Positions 12,340 through 24,673 of a stretch of DNA of 38,419 nt are shown here, piece after piece. The position numbers and the translations under genes were made by a program. Numbering within the stretch: position 1 is the stretch's first letter; each line of letters opens with the position of its first letter. The notes beneath the pieces were generated by a model. The model was not told where the DNA came from. It made no database searches and was given only the letters and a program-made list of their open reading frames with translations. The DNA comes from Octopus bimaculoides (lineage: Eukaryota): assembly GCF_001194135.2 (NCBI RefSeq), contig NC_068986.1, positions 98,082,192 through 98,120,610 of the forward strand, read 5' to 3'.

Positions 12340-12702
12340 ATCTTGGTTAGGGCAGCGGTCTCGTGGTCGTAGGATCGCGGTTTCGATTCTGAGACCGGGC
12401 GTTCTGAGTGTTTATTGAGCGAAAACACCTAAAGGTCCTTGAGGCTCCGGCAGGGGGTGGTGGTGAACCCTGCTGTACTCTTTTACCACAACTTTCTCTC
12501 ACTCTTTCTTCCTCTTTCTGTTTTAAGTGTATTTCAAAAAGCCAGCCCTGTTACACTCTGTGTCACACTGAATCTCCCTGTGAACAACGTTAAGAGTACG
12601 CGTGTATGTGGAGTACTCAGCCACTTACACGTTAACTTCATGAGCAGGCTGTTCCGTTGATCGGATCAACTGGAACCCTCATCGTAAACGACGGAGTGCC
12701 AT
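12340..12702 (+). mobile_element. tRNA-derived SINE family 3
   Basis: tRNA-like head (TGGTTAG...GGATCGCGGTTTCGATTC) followed by a GC-richer body. No ORF support. Confidence 0.7.
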
Positions 12703-13541
12703 GACTTGTGTGAGAGTGTGTGAGGGCATGGAAGGTGGAGCTTATGTGTAGTAGACGAATTGATATCAGAATATAGCATGGTTGAATATCGAACTTGTTA
12801 AGTACACTGCATTGTATTCACCCGCATATTTACTAGCATCCTACAATAAATCATGCCATTCCTCATCTACTGACATTCAACATAACTATAATAGCATAAT
12901 TTTAAACTAGGTATATTCTATTAAAACTTACAATAAATAGTCATTTGAGGATATTACTGCGTAATGTAATTGCAATTCGTTTTATGACAAAAGGTTTTGA
13001 AACATATAGGAATGTAAGAATAGAGAAATTGTATGAACTTATGTAATTAAGTTTGTATAGAATTTACGCCGTAAATCTCTCCATTCCCAATTGCCTGACA
13101 TATGCTATAGTATTACTGATTTGGGATTACATTTTACATAATCGTATAAACAACGGACGGTTCTTACAACCACCCAGTAAATATAAATCTGAAGCAACAA
13201 AATGATAGCAACAGAATTCGACAGTTCACAATGTGTGTGCGTGTGTGTGTGTGTTTGTGTGCGTTTGTGTGTGTGAATGTGTATGTGTGTGTTTGTGTGT
13301 TAGTTTCACACATCAAACTTTAATGACCAGTTTATGAAATTTCGAATAAATCTTCATTATCTCGTGACTCACGTTTTGTTTGTGTAAATACGTAACTGCT
13401 TAAAGAGCACAAGTCTTTGAAAAATTGTTTCATGTGAACTATGTTAGCTTCAAAAGACAATGTCGTTTAGCCAAATCGTTATCAAAGTAGTATTGCAACG
13501 ATAAAAGGTTGTAAATCCGATTCCTCGGCGCGACAGCTTAC

Positions 13542-13635
13542 GCCAGTATTTGCTTCTACAGTTTTTTCTAGATCCAGTTCTAGTGGATTTAAAATTGGGC
13601 AGAAGCCTTTCGGACATATATATGTCACGATTTTT
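13542..13635 (-). CDS. Candidate exon of unidentified gene ((R)KIVTYICPKGFCPILNPLELDLEKTVEANTG)
   Basis: AG acceptor at 13637-13636 and donor GGC|GTAAGC; 94 nt, open frame; its phase-2 start matches the donor phase of the exon at 13825-13993. Confidence 0.42.
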
Positions 13636-13824
13636 CTATAGTATAGTTTTAAGCTAACAATCACTGAACAAATTTAACATGAAAGAAATCTGAGCCAAGT
13701 ACATCCATTTCTTTCGTGTATCATTATATTTGAAGAGAAACATAAAATATGCCCTGCTCTTTTGAATGCGGTAGTAATAATTGTTAACTATTTCTGCCAT
13801 TGTAAATTTTTACCCAGTGCTTAC

Positions 13825-13993
13825 CTCATTAATCTGTTCAATATGTAAGACCCAAATATTTCTCCAAAGTGCCACTTGGTCCATATTGGACCCGTAGTAT
13901 TCTCATAAAGTATGTACTTAGGATAAATGTCATATATAACAGAAAGTACAGATTTCTCCTCAGCATTACAGCACGGAACGTCCTCGTTATCTG
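13825..13993 (-). CDS. Candidate exon of unidentified gene (DNEDVPCCNAEEKSVLSVIYDIYPKYILYENTTGPIWTKWHFGEIFGSYILNRLM)
   Basis: Acceptor TTGTATTTTATTCAG| (NAGNAG) and strong donor GAG|GTAAGC; 169 nt with one open frame; splices in frame over a 189-nt intron. Confidence 0.48.
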
Positions 13994-14090
13994 CTGAATA
14001 AAATACAAATCGACCTGTAGTTTTCAATGGCGAGTATTTCAATTTGTTAAGATATGAGAATCCGTTATGCCTTTATATTATACTACAAAT

Positions 14091-14482
14091 GGAGTGGTTG
14101 TGTAGTAAGTAAATTGCTTACCAACCACATGGGTGCGGGTTTAGTCCCATTGCGTGGCACCTTGGGAAAGTTCCTTCTACTATGGTCTCGGGCCGACCAA
14201 AGCCTTGTGAGTAGATTTGGTAAACTGAAAGTGAAAGTATCCCGTCGTATATATGTATTTATATATGTATGTGTGTGTATATGTTTGTATGTCTGAGTTT
14301 GTCCCCCCCCCCCGCCAACATCGCTTGGCAACTGAAGCTGGTGTGCTAACGTCCCCGTAAGTTAGCGGTTCGGCAAAAGAAACCGATAGAATAAGTTCTG
14401 GGGTTGATTTGCTCGACTAAAAGCCGTGCTCCAGCATAGCAGCAGTTAAATGACTGAAACAATTAAGAGAATAAAAGAATAA
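14091..14482 (+). mobile_element. tRNA-derived SINE family 2 with internal TA/TG microsatellite
   Basis: Head GGAGTGGTTGTGTAGTAAG...GGTTTAGTCCC, core CCTTGGGAAAG..TCGGGCCGACCAAAGCCTTGTGAG, internal repeat at 14267-14295; 3' half shared with 10420-10543. Confidence 0.82.
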
Positions 14483-14597
14483 TACATTACAAATTATAAA
14501 TAATTTCATAAAATATAATACATATCAAATTATAAATAGTTTTATAGAATATATAATGCACTACAAATTATACATAATTTTATAGAATATGTAAATC
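14483..14597 (+). repeat. AT-rich minisatellite, 3 copies of about 37-39 nt
   Basis: TACATTACAAATTATAAATAATTTCATAAAATATAA / TACATATCAAATTATAAATAGTTTTATAGAATATATAA / TGCACTACAAATTATACATAATTTTATAGAATATGTAA. Confidence 0.8.
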
Positions 14598-14642
14598 GTA
14601 AAATATAAGTTTCAGTACGAAATCTTTGTTGAAAACGTTATA

Positions 14643-15564
14643 CAGAGTCGGGCAAACACGACAGACGTTTTAGAAATGGCTATTACTCAAATGGCTATTA
14701 TTTTGCATCAAGACTTGCACTTTCACCTCTACAAATCGGTCATTGTGCAACAGTTGAAACCACGGGACTATGCACAATGGCGTAACTTCGCACATCGGAT
14801 GGAAGCAATTTTTGAGGCAAACGACAATCTCAATTTGTTAATGAGTGATGAAGCTCATTTTCACCTCAATGGCAAGGTAAATCAACAGAACCGCCAGTAT
14901 TGGGCTCTTGAAAATCGGAGAGAACTGCACAGCCTCAAAGTGACGCTTTGGTGTGATGTTGGAAAAGTTTCCATCATTGGTCCTTACTTTTTTGAAAACA
15001 ATAATGGAAATGCTGTTATTGTGAACTCCGTGCGTTACATCGAGATGATAAACAACTTCATTGTGCCTGAATTAGAACGAAGACACCATGCCTATTAGAC
15101 ACGTATGGTTTTAACAGGATGGGGCGACGGCCCACACAACCAGAGCATCAATGGCTGTTCTTTGCCCTCTCTACGGTGACCACCTCATTTCCAGGTTTTC
15201 TGACATTCCTTGGCCCCCCTCGGTCCCCCGATTTGTCCGCGTGGTTATTTCTTGTTGGATACCTCCAGGCATGTGTGTATGCACATAAGCCCCGTACATT
15301 GGACGATTTGAAGGAAGCTATTCGCGTGTAAGACGCCCAAATCGACAGATCAATGCTGGATAGAATGGAGGCCAACTTCCAAGAACGCTTTCGGAAACGC
15401 ATCAATAAAAACGGATACCACATGTTTGGATGTTGTTTTCCAATTTTGATTTTGACAAATGTTTATTCAATACAAACACATCGATGTCAATAAAATTTGT
15501 TTGCAGCTAAAATGAATAATTTTTTGAAGTTTTCAAAATTGTCCGTCCTCTCTGCCCCACTCTT
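14643..15564 (+). mobile_element. Internally deleted Tc1/mariner element of DD41D (rosa-like) type
   Basis: Motifs MSDEAHFHLNG.VN.QN..YW, IIGPYFF, QQDGATAHT and PPRSPDLS; reconstructed spacing between the 2nd and 3rd Asp is about 41 aa. Imperfect TIRs of about 30 nt (AGAGTCGGGCAAACACGACAGAC / GTCCGTCCTCTCTGCCCCACTCT). The N-terminal HTH is absent. Confidence 0.85.
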
Positions 15565-16174
15565 CATTATGTGATTTCAGTTGATCAGAAGAAAAGTCTA
15601 AAAAGATTCAAAGACAATTTTCTATGAAATGTCTATAGACAAAACATTCATTTTCTCCAATTAACAATATTGTAGCAAAATGATATATTCATGCTACCAA
15701 TTTTGTGTAAACATATTTATTTTATGCTATGTAGTTATCAGTTTGAAAGTGAAGATACAAATGCAGCCTATCTCTTTATCTGAAGCCAGCTGTTGCTTCT
15801 AATCATTTATACCATATATCATACGAATATAGTAGCCTTCAATTTATCCATAACGGTCTATTTTAATTCATTATATCACACACATTTTATGAAAACATTC
15901 TTGTAAGAAAACAAAGAAAGATTCTGTTAAATGTAAACTCTGTTGAATAACATAAAGGGTAAATAGACAGTGCAGCAAATATGTTGTTTAATGTAAACAG
16001 AAACTTGAGAAAACTAACTTATATTATTCACACAGAAAATATGATAGAACAGGTTGATAGTGTTACTGAAGAATAAAAGTTTGCCTGCTCACAGTGACAT
16101 CATATATCACATAGATATGCACTACACACGCCCACATATTGATATTCATATTCATATATATATATATATATATA

Positions 16175-16717
16175 NNNNNNNNNNNNNNNNNNNNNNNNNN
16201 NNNNNNNNNNNNNNNNNNNNNNNNNNNNNNNNNNNNNNNNNNNNNNNNNNNNNNNNNNNNNNNNNNNNNNNNNNNNNNNNNNNNNNNNNNNNNNNNNNNN
16301 NNNNNNNNNNNNNNNNNNNNNNNNNNNNNNNNNNNNNNNNNNNNNNNNNNNNNNNNNNNNNNNNNNNNNNNNNNNNNNNNNNNNNNNNNNNNNNNNNNNN
16401 NNNNNNNNNNNNNNNNNNNNNNNNNNNNNNNNNNNNNNNNNNNNNNNNNNNNNNNNNNNNNNNNNNNNNNNNNNNNNNNNNNNNNNNNNNNNNNNNNNNN
16501 NNNNNNNNNNNNNNNNNNNNNNNNNNNNNNNNNNNNNNNNNNNNNNNNNNNNNNNNNNNNNNNNNNNNNNNNNNNNNNNNNNNNNNNNNNNNNNNNNNNN
16601 NNNNNNNNNNNNNNNNNNNNNNNNNNNNNNNNNNNNNNNNNNNNNNNNNNNNNNNNNNNNNNNNNNNNNNNNNNNNNNNNNNNNNNNNNNNNNNNNNNNN
16701 NNNNNNNNNNNNNNNNN
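16175..16717. other. Assembly gap (N)
   Basis: N run. Confidence 0.99.
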
Positions 16718-17384
16718 GATTCTCAGCTTTTTTAGCTGCTATTTCTGAACTTCGGTATATGGTGAAGCAAATATTTGCTGATCCCTTAATTATGTTTATA
16801 AATATATATGAGCTTTTAAATAAGTTCTCCACCAATAATGGTGCTTACATACCGATGGGCTTGGTAAAAATTATTAATCATTAATTGTTGATTTATTAAT
16901 GAATTGATAAATTGATAATTCTTTACCCTTTTAATTTGTAATAATTATTCACTCCCTGTTAGTATACGCAGATTCTCTGCGGTATCACTTGTCGCGCACA
17001 TGGTAATTTCTTGAAGGAAGGACAGTTGGACTGGCTGACCGAGGTAGATTCGGTTATGCTTTCAGATATGTGTCGATGTGGAATGTTACTCGTTCATGCT
17101 TGCACAGTTTGCTAGCATAGTCGAATTTACTGCTGGAATACCATATTGATGAAGGAAATTGAGTATCACTCATAATCCAGAAACGCGTCTACAGTTAACC
17201 TTCGGAATGGTTAGTTTTCATTGTTTTTTTTTCTTGTTTTTGCCTTTGTGAGTTGCAAGTGATGGGATTCTCAGCTTTTTTAGCTGCTATTTCTGAACTT
17301 CGGTATATGGTGAAGCAAATATTTGCTGATCTCTTAACTATTAGTAGAAAGTAAAGACGAATTGTGTACTGTAAATATATAATG

Positions 17385-17810
17385 TTTATCTCTCACCAGA
17401 TGGAGTACTTTTTTTCATAGTTGCTGTTGAGTGCTGTTGGTCGGCTAAACGGAGAATGTGATCACCCAAGCATACTCCATGCTGTGCTACGATCTCTTCC
17501 AGTAGTCGTGATCTTGCTCTTCTCACAATAACTTCCTAACTGGTACAACACCGCCAGATGTCCTTCAAGATATTTCTATCTATCCTCACTTTGCTTTGCG
17601 AAGTACTACTGGCAAAGGTTGCGATAAGAACAAGTAAGCTAAATACAGGAAATTTCACATCATTGATGACTGACGTTGACTAGACGGAGCACCTACGCTA
17701 ATACCCTACTACTGCTTTTCCAATGCTGCATTCCACTGCTTTTTTTCTATCAATGCCATGTCCTCAGCAAAATCCAGATCACTCAGTCGTGTCAACCCTG
17801 TCAACAAAGT
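17385..17810 (-). mobile_element. RTE-type LINE remnant (RT catalytic motif and C-terminus, with deletions)
   Basis: Manual translation gives RLSDLDFAEDMALI (cf. LxDLDFADDIAL) and, downstream, EVIVRR..LLEEIV..LGDHILRL..TPSGER (cf. RTE NEEVxRR..GHILR..PxGxR). Confidence 0.65.
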
Positions 17811-20046
17811 CTCATGGTTACTTAAGAGAAAGTCGGAAGCCAGTAGAAACTGGAATAAAAAAAGAAGCTAGAATTAAAGTTGCATTGAATAAAATATACG
17901 CGTAGAGGTCATATTTTACAGGTTCGTGTACACGCGGTGGGGAAGATCTTTCGCTATGGATATAGTCTCGGAAGAAATACCTCTTCATGTGTTTGAAAAA
18001 TCAGTGAGACATGAATGACGTCATCGAATCTTAAGTGTACTGAGTAGAACAGAGTCGTACCGACTATGCTACGGGTTCGCAATAGAAATTTTACATTCGA
18101 ATACACCACCTCACATAAATCGAAATAAGGTGATGTGATTTTAAGTTCTACAAAAAGTAGAGGATTAAACTTAGCCATTAATCTTAGAATTTGAGTACCA
18201 GTTTTGTGTCCACTACTGGTGTTATATTTAATATATACCTTTATAACTTTCAAAACACAAGTTTCTTTCTGTTCGCTAAATGTTAAGTCATCGAAAATGT
18301 TGATCCCTTTTTTCTTCTTGCATAGAATAAAATGAAGTTCCTAAATATTTTAAAGCTTTTAGTCGCTGGCAGTCGTGTACAGTACTATTGGATTCTCATT
18401 TGCAATCGTCGACACGACATAACTCGAGAGACGAAATAATGGAGCTAATTTCAACATTTTACAAAATGTTTTTCTTTTTAAGAGGGAAAATAGTTCATAG
18501 TTTAAAAAGACATTTCATTTATTCACGTTTTTTTTTCTCCTTTTGTTTTTCATACTAAATCATGAATTGTTTAGCAATTGAGAAACGAGAAAGAAATTAC
18601 TTTCTTACATGCCAATAAAGTACTCCCAGGACATTTCAGCCTTGCAAAAAATTTTCTTTTTTTTTTTTTATTTAACGTTGATGTTTTTTACTACGAAAAC
18701 GTTTCGCAACAAGTTTTAGTATATGCATCCTAAGTGCAGATAAGGTTTTCTGGATGCTGTTTCATATTGTACTATCCGTCGAGACGAGTTCCAATAGACA
18801 TATTTTATGTTCATTTGTCCGCCGCCCTTGCCGGCTGTTGTCTGTGGATAATTTTAGAAAAGCAATCAGAGTATTTTAAACACTTGGTTTGCTTCTTGTA
18901 ATATCATTAAAGGAGAGGGAAACTCTTCTAGGTTAAGCTACTTTAAGTTGAAGAAATTGCATATTCAATTTCTAAAATTTTGTTACATAAAATAAAAAAA
19001 AGTTCCTGAAGTTGTTTTAAAGTTTTTAGGCGTTGATAACCGTGTATACAACTATTTCATTATCCTTTGAAATCGTTGGCACGGTATAACACGAAGCACA
19101 AATTAATTAAGCTAATTTTACCACTCTACGAAATTTCTTTGAAAGAGAGAAAACAGTTCATAGTTTAAAAAGATATTTCATTTTTACTTTTTCTTTTTAG
19201 TCCAGATTTGTGAACTGTTTTGAAATTGTATTTTCGAAATTTTAAAATTGTATAAAATTGTTCAACACTTCTGACTTTCCTATACGTTCTGCATTCATAT
19301 CTCAATATGTCACAAGTGTGATATATTGGATGTTAATTGCCACCTAACATCTGCACATCTTCAATTCAAATCTTTAATTTTTTTCGTTATATAAATATGA
19401 ATATTCTTCTTTCATTCAATATATCCGGTTGCCAATAATTCGCATTGCAATCATCAATAAAAGAACTGCTTACAATTAACAAATACCAACAACGGATAAT
19501 AAAACTTGTTACTAATCGCGAGTTTGTTTACAGAAAAATTTCATCACACCTGCACTATGTTGGGGCTGAATCGTCGTATTTGTCGATTGACGATTAATCA
19601 AATTCTCTCTTTACGGAAGCTTGAAGAGAGGAGATATAATGATGAATATTATAGAATGATATAATTATATAATGATATAATTATTTGGACTAGTACGCTA
19701 CAAATAACACGGAGAAATATCTATGTGAATTTTTGCTACCCTGGTAACTATCTATTTATTTTTTCCGTGTTGTGTTTGCTCATTGATTAAAATACACATA
19801 CATTTATATACACGTCGACCAGATTTCTATATAACCTGCAAATAAAATAGTTTCCACATATGGAGTTATTTAATATAAACGGATCTCTTAAGGATGTACC
19901 CATTCCCCCAGGAATATTTTTCCTTAAGCAACTCATTAGTATGACAAACGCCTTTATTAACTGAATCGAATGTGCATTGGAAACCCTACTGTTCGGGTTC
20001 TTCAAGAAAATCACCTAAAATATGAAAAACACAAGGGATGATGAAG

Positions 20047-20190
20047 ATGGCGAACTGGCAGACTTGTTAGCACGTTCTGAGTTCAAATTCCGCCGCGGTC
20101 GACTTTACCTTTCGATTTATCGAGGTCGATATAATAAGTACAATGAAAAATTGATGTTGATATAGTCGACTCATTTACTCCTGCATCCCT
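20047..20190 (+). mobile_element. SINE family 1 with internal deletion
   Basis: GATGGCGAACTGGCAGACTTGTTAGCACG|TTCTGAGTTCAAATTCCGCCGCGGTCGACTTT; about 40 nt lost between ACG microhomologies relative to the 29312 copy. Confidence 0.8.
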
Positions 20191-22688
20191 ATATCAAGCC
20201 AAGTCGAGTCTGTATGGCAAATTAGACTCGTCAAGCCAGTATGATTTCAAGATGAAGTTCACAGCTTCCACAAACTGCTGCGCTTGGGTGGGGAAAACAT
20301 GCTGATACCTTCATCCTGCAAGGGTGATAAATAATACAAAATGGCGGTTTACAGTGCTTCCAATTGTTGTAAGTAGTCCGGAACATCTAGCAAGACCTAG
20401 ACATATATTCTACTTGATTATCATCCGTTACTTAATTTCCCTACTTAACTCTCTTATCTCCAAAAAGTTAGGAAGCGGTTTTCAAATACCTTGGAAAATA
20501 GTAATACACATAAATTATTATTTCGTTATTTCAGGTCAAAATTCTTGTTTTTAGCTCCCGAACTCTGACGTTTATTCATTTATTTATTTATTTATTTTAA
20601 TATATAATTCAAGTATTATAACATCAAATCCGGAGTGTGCAGTACGTGCTTATTTTCATAAATTTAATCCATTTTTTACGCAAAACAACGAAAGAAAAAT
20701 ATTTCCTATATTTCATGGTATTTGAAGCCGCATACTAAATTAATGACAATATGATTTTTTTTTTCAATGAGAAATTATCGTCAGCGTTCTTAAAATATAG
20801 CATCTAAATATTTCGTTTCAGATATAATTGGCTCTCTTTACTGTAACACTATTCGATATAAATATATACAACTATATACGTGAAACAATGTATCGATTAA
20901 GTTTCATCTTCAATGGCGCCACAATCTGCTAACTAATTTTTGAAACGATTTTAAATAACAACGTATTTAAATAGTTCTTGGCATGGTCCTCGCATGACAA
21001 GAACTATTTACAGTGGCTTGGTACAGCTGTACAACTTAACGCAATTGTTGTTACGGGTGATGTTGCAAGCCATAGATTAAATTAGAAGTGGATGCAGCTT
21101 CATGCCCACCAAGCAAATTGAGGAGCCCCTTTGATATTACTTTCTGTAACTGTTCACCATTCAATCCTCAGCAAATTCTTGCAAAAATGCAGGGCAGCAT
21201 TACGAATGAGATTTCATCAATCGACAAAAAGAAAAGCTAAAACTCGGAGTTAAAATTTACCCACTTCATATGCAACAAATCTCTGCTGCTCACTGAAAAT
21301 ATTATAAAGAGCGTACTGGCAAAGTCCTCGAAAAATGTGGACCCCCCCCCCATCCCTGTAACTCTCGATTAAGAGATATGATATTGAACGATTGGGACAG
21401 CATGCCCACTGAATTCAATAATTTTGAGCGGCACTAAATGAAGTTAAGACATCAGAAATATTTCTAAAACTTTCTTGACGCTCCGGTTGGCTCAATTTTA
21501 TTTATTAATCTAATTTCAGCAAAAAATCACTTAAGTATATTACTATTGTATTGACATTACCTGGAATTTTCAAATGTGTCACAACTGCCCATTCTGCTTT
21601 TAAGTTGCTGATCAACTTCGCACTAGCTGGTTGTCGTGGACCGTTAACAGTGTTAGATCTGTTGGATGCATTTGTGATTGGGTTCCAGTTTGTTGAACAA
21701 CTCGATACCTCAATGCACTGTTTCCAGCCGCAGTAATACACAACTAATTCTTTCTACGTGTAACAGCCATTCTTTGCTCGCATTCAGAAGACAGCAACAT
21801 GTTTACAAAAATATCAGTATGAAAGTTTATGATGTTGAAATAATGTTCTGAAAAGACCAATTAATTATTTTGTGAGGTGATTGTCTTTCATATTGCTTGT
21901 TAAATTAATTTCTTTACTATCAGTGTCTGACCTGTACTCTTTATCAACAGACACATGCACACTTAGCCAAGCAATCATTCAAATTATAATTTCTTGCACA
22001 AACAATCAATAAACTGGAACAATAAATCTGACAGTTTATAATGATAGAAATAAACGAATAAATTTAATAAATAATTTACAAGCGTGAAAAATGTAAACAG
22101 AACATTGGAGAAAAATATCAAGATAAACATGAAAGACCACTGTCATAGAGAAACCACCGAACGAATCGACATTCTACAAAGCATTTAGAAATATATACAC
22201 AAAAGATTATTGACTAATACAATTTAGTCTTAACATATCTTTAACTAATACGATTTAAAATACATTACAAATCACTTTGAACTACTATAAGTATTAATAA
22301 AAAGTTATAATATTCTACGAAATAGCATATATAGACCAATTTAAATATTTAGCAAAATAACATTTAGCATTTATTAATACAGTTAATGTTTTCTAACAAG
22401 AAATGATTTATATATTCTACAAAATAATAATGCGAATTTTATTGGCTAGATCTGGTGGAAAGGAGCTATACCCTCCCAATATCCTGCTCCCCGCAGAAGC
22501 TATAACCTCCTAATATTTCGCTTAATACTTAAAAGTCAAGAGGTAGTACGATGCATGTGTAGTGTTCTCCGGAGAACATTTTACAGAGGATGTAGTAAGT
22601 GGAATTCTTCGTGTTGTGTCTAGGCAGGAGACAATATGGGCGATGAGAAGAGAAAAAGTGAGTCGGGTCATGAAGTGCTCTAGGAGTC

Positions 22689-22835
22689 CAGTTTCGTACA
22701 GAAGGAGATTTATTAAGTCTCAAAGGACAAAGGTTTCAGATCAAAGAAAATATCAAGGAAGATGTCCTGCGTGACTTTCTGTTTGCTGATGATTGTACTT
22801 TTATTTCTCGCACATTTGAGGGAATTCAAGTTGTA
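22689..22835 (+). mobile_element. RTE-type LINE RT fragment
   Basis: Frame not shown in the ORF track: QFRTEGDLLSLKGQRFQIKENIKEDVLRDFLFADDCTFISRTFEGIQ (cf. RTE/BovB-like FRTDGxLFNL..LLFADDC). Confidence 0.8.
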
Positions 22836-22839
22836 GTAA

Positions 22840-23155
22840 TTGGTCCACATGTTCAACTATTTCATCATCTATTACTACATTTTCAGCTGAGATAAGACGG
22901 TTGGGGATTATCTTCGATTTATTCATATCCATGTTGTGTCCACAGTTTTAACTTTCTTTTGAGCATTTCTGTTGATCCTTTATTGCTCCTGGAAATGAGT
23001 ACAATATCATCCGCGAGTTTGAGATTATTTAACATGTATCTGTTTATATTTACTCCTCTATCTGATCAATACAAGTGTTTAGAAACTTTTTCTGATAGAG
23101 AAGGGGGTAATTTGGATGATATGGTGTCTCCTTGTCTGACTCTTTACCAATTTTG
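22840..23155 (-). mobile_element. RTE-type LINE RT fragment (second family)
   Basis: RVRQGDTISSKL...GVNINRYMLNNLKLADDIVLIS...MNKSKII (cf. GVRQGDTISPKL..NNLRFADDIVLI). Confidence 0.85.
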
Positions 23156-23218
23156 TTATCAGTCACTTCATTGTTTATATGTGTGTGTGCTTTATATATA
23201 ATTTGCAAGCATACACAA

Positions 23219-23257
<39 letters not shown>
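23219..23257 (+). repeat. (TA)n microsatellite
   Basis: Perfect TA run. Confidence 0.97.
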
Positions 23258-23260
<3 letters not shown>

Positions 23261-24673
23261 CCTCGTTGGAGAAAGAAAGCTTTTGGTCATGTTTTTATGT
23301 AGAGCTTCTGTGGATAGTTGTGGCGAAAGAGCCCCGCAATTCATGTACTTTCACAAGATCAACAAGAGGTTTTATTTTCAGACCGGGAGCTTCAACAGGG
23401 TTGACTCAATAATCTACTCCCACGCAACAAGGGGTACTGAATCATGGCCCGATTATTTCTACCCCCCAATCATCATCATAGTAAAAGTGCATCCGGTGGG
23501 CTTTTCATTTACATTACTTCACTAGCAAACCGTCTTCAAATCAAATAAATGGTGAATGAAATTTTATCAATGTGCTGTGCAGTGTGATAAAACTCAGAAT
23601 CGCGTTTCAAAGCATAATTCTTAGTCACGCAGTTATGCTATGTCTGCTTACATTTTGTAGCGAAAGAGAGGAATTACTCTTTTGGGAAATATGAAATTGT
23701 AATTTATAACTAAGATTTGATATATGTTCTAATTTATATGTACGAAGTTAAATATTCATAACAATGGACATAATCTAACACAAATGCCTTTGAGCGAAAG
23801 AAAATCTACGAGATCTCGTGGCCAGTATTTAAATATAGCAGTCTTTCATATCACACATAATCGTCTAAATAGAAGAAATAAATATATTGGAACAAATATA
23901 CTAGGCAAACTTATAGGAATAAGTGATAATAATCAGTTGAGTTGGCATAAATTTAAACATTTCGAAGACTGACAAATTAGGAAATCCTTGGATGGTCACT
24001 CAGTTTTTTGGACATAGTAGACAAATATCCCTCAAATCATACACGTCATTCTGAAAGCACAAATCAGATGGGATGGTTCAGACTACTGTTAATAACACGA
24101 CATGGTCATAGCTGAAATGTATTTGACTGTGAGATGTATCCGACCCAGGATGATCTGCATAAAAGACGTTCAAAGACAATGATAGCTACATTTTTTTTTC
24201 CTGAAGCATGTAGACACTTATCTGAAACAACAAAATTACTAACAGTCACGTAATCTTTCATAAACATTCAAGACGTTGAAATATCCAAGGAAAAAGATAA
24301 AAAATAAAAGTTTATTGAGGCACGTCATTTGTCCAAGAAGAAAACAAATCAATGTTTATTTAAACACGTCGACTGCCTGTTCAAAAGAAAAAAAGAAATC
24401 ACTTTTAACTTTATAGCAAAATATTATCACTTCTATTTTTTTTTGAAATGATATATGGCGTGAAATATTGATATTGTATTTTTCCTATTTCTGCCAGAAG
24501 GTTTTGTAAAAGATTCTTTCAATTGATAACATCAAAAGAAGTATATATTTTTCCTTTCACAGGAACACTGCCATGTTCACGATGAAAACGGAGACCAAAT
24601 CAGCTTTCGTTCATATATAATATACAGAAATAAATCTAAACAAGACAATCACATATGCTCTGCATAACGAAAC

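Noticed and set aside
12340-12410. tRNA gene (also SINE heads at 14091 and 29312)
   Set aside because: Only A/B-box-like motifs are present, with no closable cloverleaf, and each is followed by a repeat body. These are SINE heads.
5886-16884. Long ORFs containing X runs
   Set aside because: Artefacts of reading through N gaps.
18060-18095. CYGFAIEIL resembling the ionotropic receptor S1 motif (+ strand)
   Set aside because: Short frame of about 40 codons bounded by stops, no supporting neighbouring motifs, and it overlaps a longer minus frame.
21561-21847. Strong-looking minus-strand exon (TCTTTTCAG| ... CCAG|GTAATG)
   Set aside because: All three frames contain stops across the 287 nt and the last open frame has no ATG. 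At most it is a non-coding exon, which cannot be tested here.
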